In this document: piece after piece, positions 61,380-64,000 of the stretch
Numbering within the stretch: position 1 is the first letter of the stretch
How the letters are laid out: each line of letters starts with the position of its first letter
Assembly: GCF_009914755.1 (NCBI RefSeq)
Contig: NC_060937.1
DNA from: the human T2T-CHM13v2.0 reference genome, Homo sapiens
Direction: 5' to 3' (one strand)
Length of the DNA stretch: 64,000 nt
The notes under the pieces: model-generated
Told to the model about the DNA's origin: nothing
What the model saw: the letters and a program-made list of their open reading frames with translations, nothing else
Database searches by the model: none
Made by a program: the position numbers and the translations under genes

Positions 61380-63504
61380 TCACTTTCACAAAAAGGAAGA
61401 CAGGGAAAAAGAGAAGACCACAAAGCAACAAAAAAAAAAAACAAATAACAAAATGGCAGTAGTAAGTCCTTACTTACCAATAATAACAAAGAATGTAAAT
61501 GAAACTAAACTTTCCAATCAAAAGACACAGAGTGGCTGAAAGGATAATAAAACAAGACCCAATAATTAGTTGCCTACACCCTATAGGTGTATACACTTTA
61601 TATGTGACCTATGTCACATGTGAAGACACTCATAGACTGAAAATAAAGGGACGGAAAAGGTATTCCATGCCCATGGAAATTAAAAAAGAGCAGGAGTAGC
61701 TATATCTGTGGCAGGGAAATAAATTTCAAGACAAAAAGTATAAAAAGAAACAAAGAAGATTATTATATAATGATAAATCAGTTCAACAAAATGATGTAAG
61801 AATTATAAATATATATGCACCCAATGATGGAGCAGCCAGATATATAAAGCAAATAGTATTAGAGCTAAAGAGAGATACACTCTAATACCATAATAGTTGG
61901 AGACTATCAACACGCAACTCTGAGCATTAGACAGACCATACAGTGAGAAAATTAAAATCAGGCTTAATCTACACTGTAGACCAAATGGACCTAATAGATA
62001 TTTATAGAACATATCTTCCAATGGCTGCAGAATACACATTCTTCTCAGCACATAGATTATCCTCAAGGATAGACCCTATGCTAGGCCATAAAAAATGTCT
62101 TAAGACATTCCAAAAAATTGAAATCATATCAAGTATTTTCTCTGACCACAATGGAATAAAAGTGGAATCAATAACAAGAATAATTTTGGAAACTATACAA
62201 ACACATAGAAATTAAACAATATGCACTTGAATGACCAATGAATAAATTAATGAAATTAAATCAGTGTAAAAATTAAGAAGGAAATTGAAAAATTTATTGA
62301 AACAAATTATAATGAAAACATGACATGCCAAAATATATAGGTTACAGGGAAAGCAGCACTAAGAGAAAAGTTTCCAGTTATAAGTGCTTACATCATAAAA
62401 GAAGAAAAACTTCAAATAAATAACCTAATAATGCATCCTAAAAAACTAGAAAAGGAAGAAAAGCCACCTAAAACTGGTAGAAGAAGAAAAATAATGATTA
62501 AAGCATAAATAAATAAAATTGAACTGAAAAATATAAAAATGAAAAGACTAATGAAGCAAAAAGTTGTTTTTTTGATAAGATTACAAAATTTACAAACCTT
62601 TAGCCAGACTAGAAAAAAAAGAGAATATGCAAATAAATAAAACCAGAGATATAAAAGGAGTTAAGTTGATACAGCAGGAATTTAAAGGATCATTAGAGAA
62701 AACTGAGAAACTGTATGTCAATAAATTGAGAAACTTAGAAGAAATGGATATATGCCTACACACATACAACCTACCAAGGTTGAACTATAAAGAAATCCAA
62801 AGCTTGAGTAGACCAATAACAAGTAACAAGATGCAAGCCATAATGAAGAGTCTCCAAGCAAGTAAAAGCCTGGGACCTGATGCCTTCACTGGTGAATTCC
62901 ACCAAACACTGAAAGAAGAACTAATACCAATCCTGCTCAAAATATTACAAAAAAAAAAAAAAAATAGAGGAGGAGAGAGTACTTCCAAACTCATTTTATG
63001 GAGCCAGTATTACCCTACTTCCAAAACCAGATGACACATCAAAAATGGAAAACCACAGGCCAATTCTCTGATGAATATTGATGTAAATATGCTCAACAAA
63101 ATACTAACAAACCAAATTCAACCACACATTGAAAATATCATTTATTATGACCAAGTGGGGTTTATCCCAGACATCCAAGGATAGTTCAACATATGCAAAT
63201 CAATCAATGTGATACATCATATCAACAAAATGAAGGGAAAAAAACCCATATGACTATTTCAATTGATGCTAAAAAAGCATTTAATAAATTCAACATCCCT
63301 TCATTTCAAAAATTCTAAAAGAACTGAGCATAGTAGGAACATACCTCAACAGCATAAAAGTTGACATGACAGACCCACAGCTGGTATCATACTGAATAGG
63401 GAAAAACTGAAAGCCTGTCTTCTAAGATCTGGAATAAGACAAGTATGCCCACTTTTACCACTACTGATCAACACAGTACTGAAATTCTTAGCTAGAGCAA
63501 TCAA

Positions 63505-63605
63505 TCTCTTGAATCCAGAGATGTTTCTCTGATACGTTCACTGATGAATTTCTGGTACTAGGAGATTATGTGTCATATGACAGGTGGTCAATAAATACTT
63601 GAAAG
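63505..63605 (+). mobile_element. L2 3' fragment
   Basis: GTTCACTGATGAATTTCTGGTACTAGG...GGTGGTCAATAAATACTTG. Confidence 0.55.
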
Positions 63606-64000
63606 GGGAGAACATGTGTAGTCTCCTAATATTTCAGGAATTACACTTTCATGTTAGGCCATGAGAGGTGGCATGCTGAGTGAATTAGTTAAGATTTTTT
63701 TTTTAAACGGATATAAACATAAGTTATAATAGCTTAAATCTAAAAAGCTGGACTGAAATATTCCAAGTATGTCATCAAGATGCTAAGCCTCTCTCTAGCT
63801 ACCTTTTGTTCTGTTTGCCTCTGATTAACTTTGTTCTCATACACTTTCTGGTGGCAATGGCCCTTGGTAGTTTCATGGGTTTTGAAGTACATGAGCCTGG
63901 CATCATTCCCAATAGTGCCAATAAAAATCAGGGAAAAGACTGCCTGTTTTTGCTGGTTCACGTGTCCATTTCCAAACCATTGATAATGGATGTGGGTTGT

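Noticed and set aside
63740-64000. Open minus-strand frame running off the right edge
   Set aside because: No recognisable protein similarity; the length is compatible with chance.

Overview
This is primate, almost certainly human, AT-rich non-coding genomic DNA made mostly of interspersed repeats. I recognise no cellular protein-coding exon, rRNA, tRNA or CRISPR array. Left end: a minus-strand HERV-H provirus (5' LTR7-family LTR, tRNA-His PBS, decayed gag/pro/pol) that runs off the window. Middle: about eight ERV1/MER4-group solo LTRs, a Ricksha (MULE-MuDR) DNA transposon with transposase remnants, about 14 Alus, old L1/L2/MIR fragments and an elongated Made1 hairpin. Right: a young L1HS pre-Ta (ACG/G) insertion of about 5.1 kb with a 2.3-kb 5' inversion, and an old 5'-intact L1M. 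All long ORFs are retroelement-derived. I found no evidence for a new multi-gene system. The most interesting signals are mechanistic: twin-priming junction anatomy, G-to-A hypermutation in HERV-H integrase, and several short templated or inverted insertion scars. Repeat family names come from my recollection of consensus sequences and should be confirmed with RepeatMasker/Dfam.
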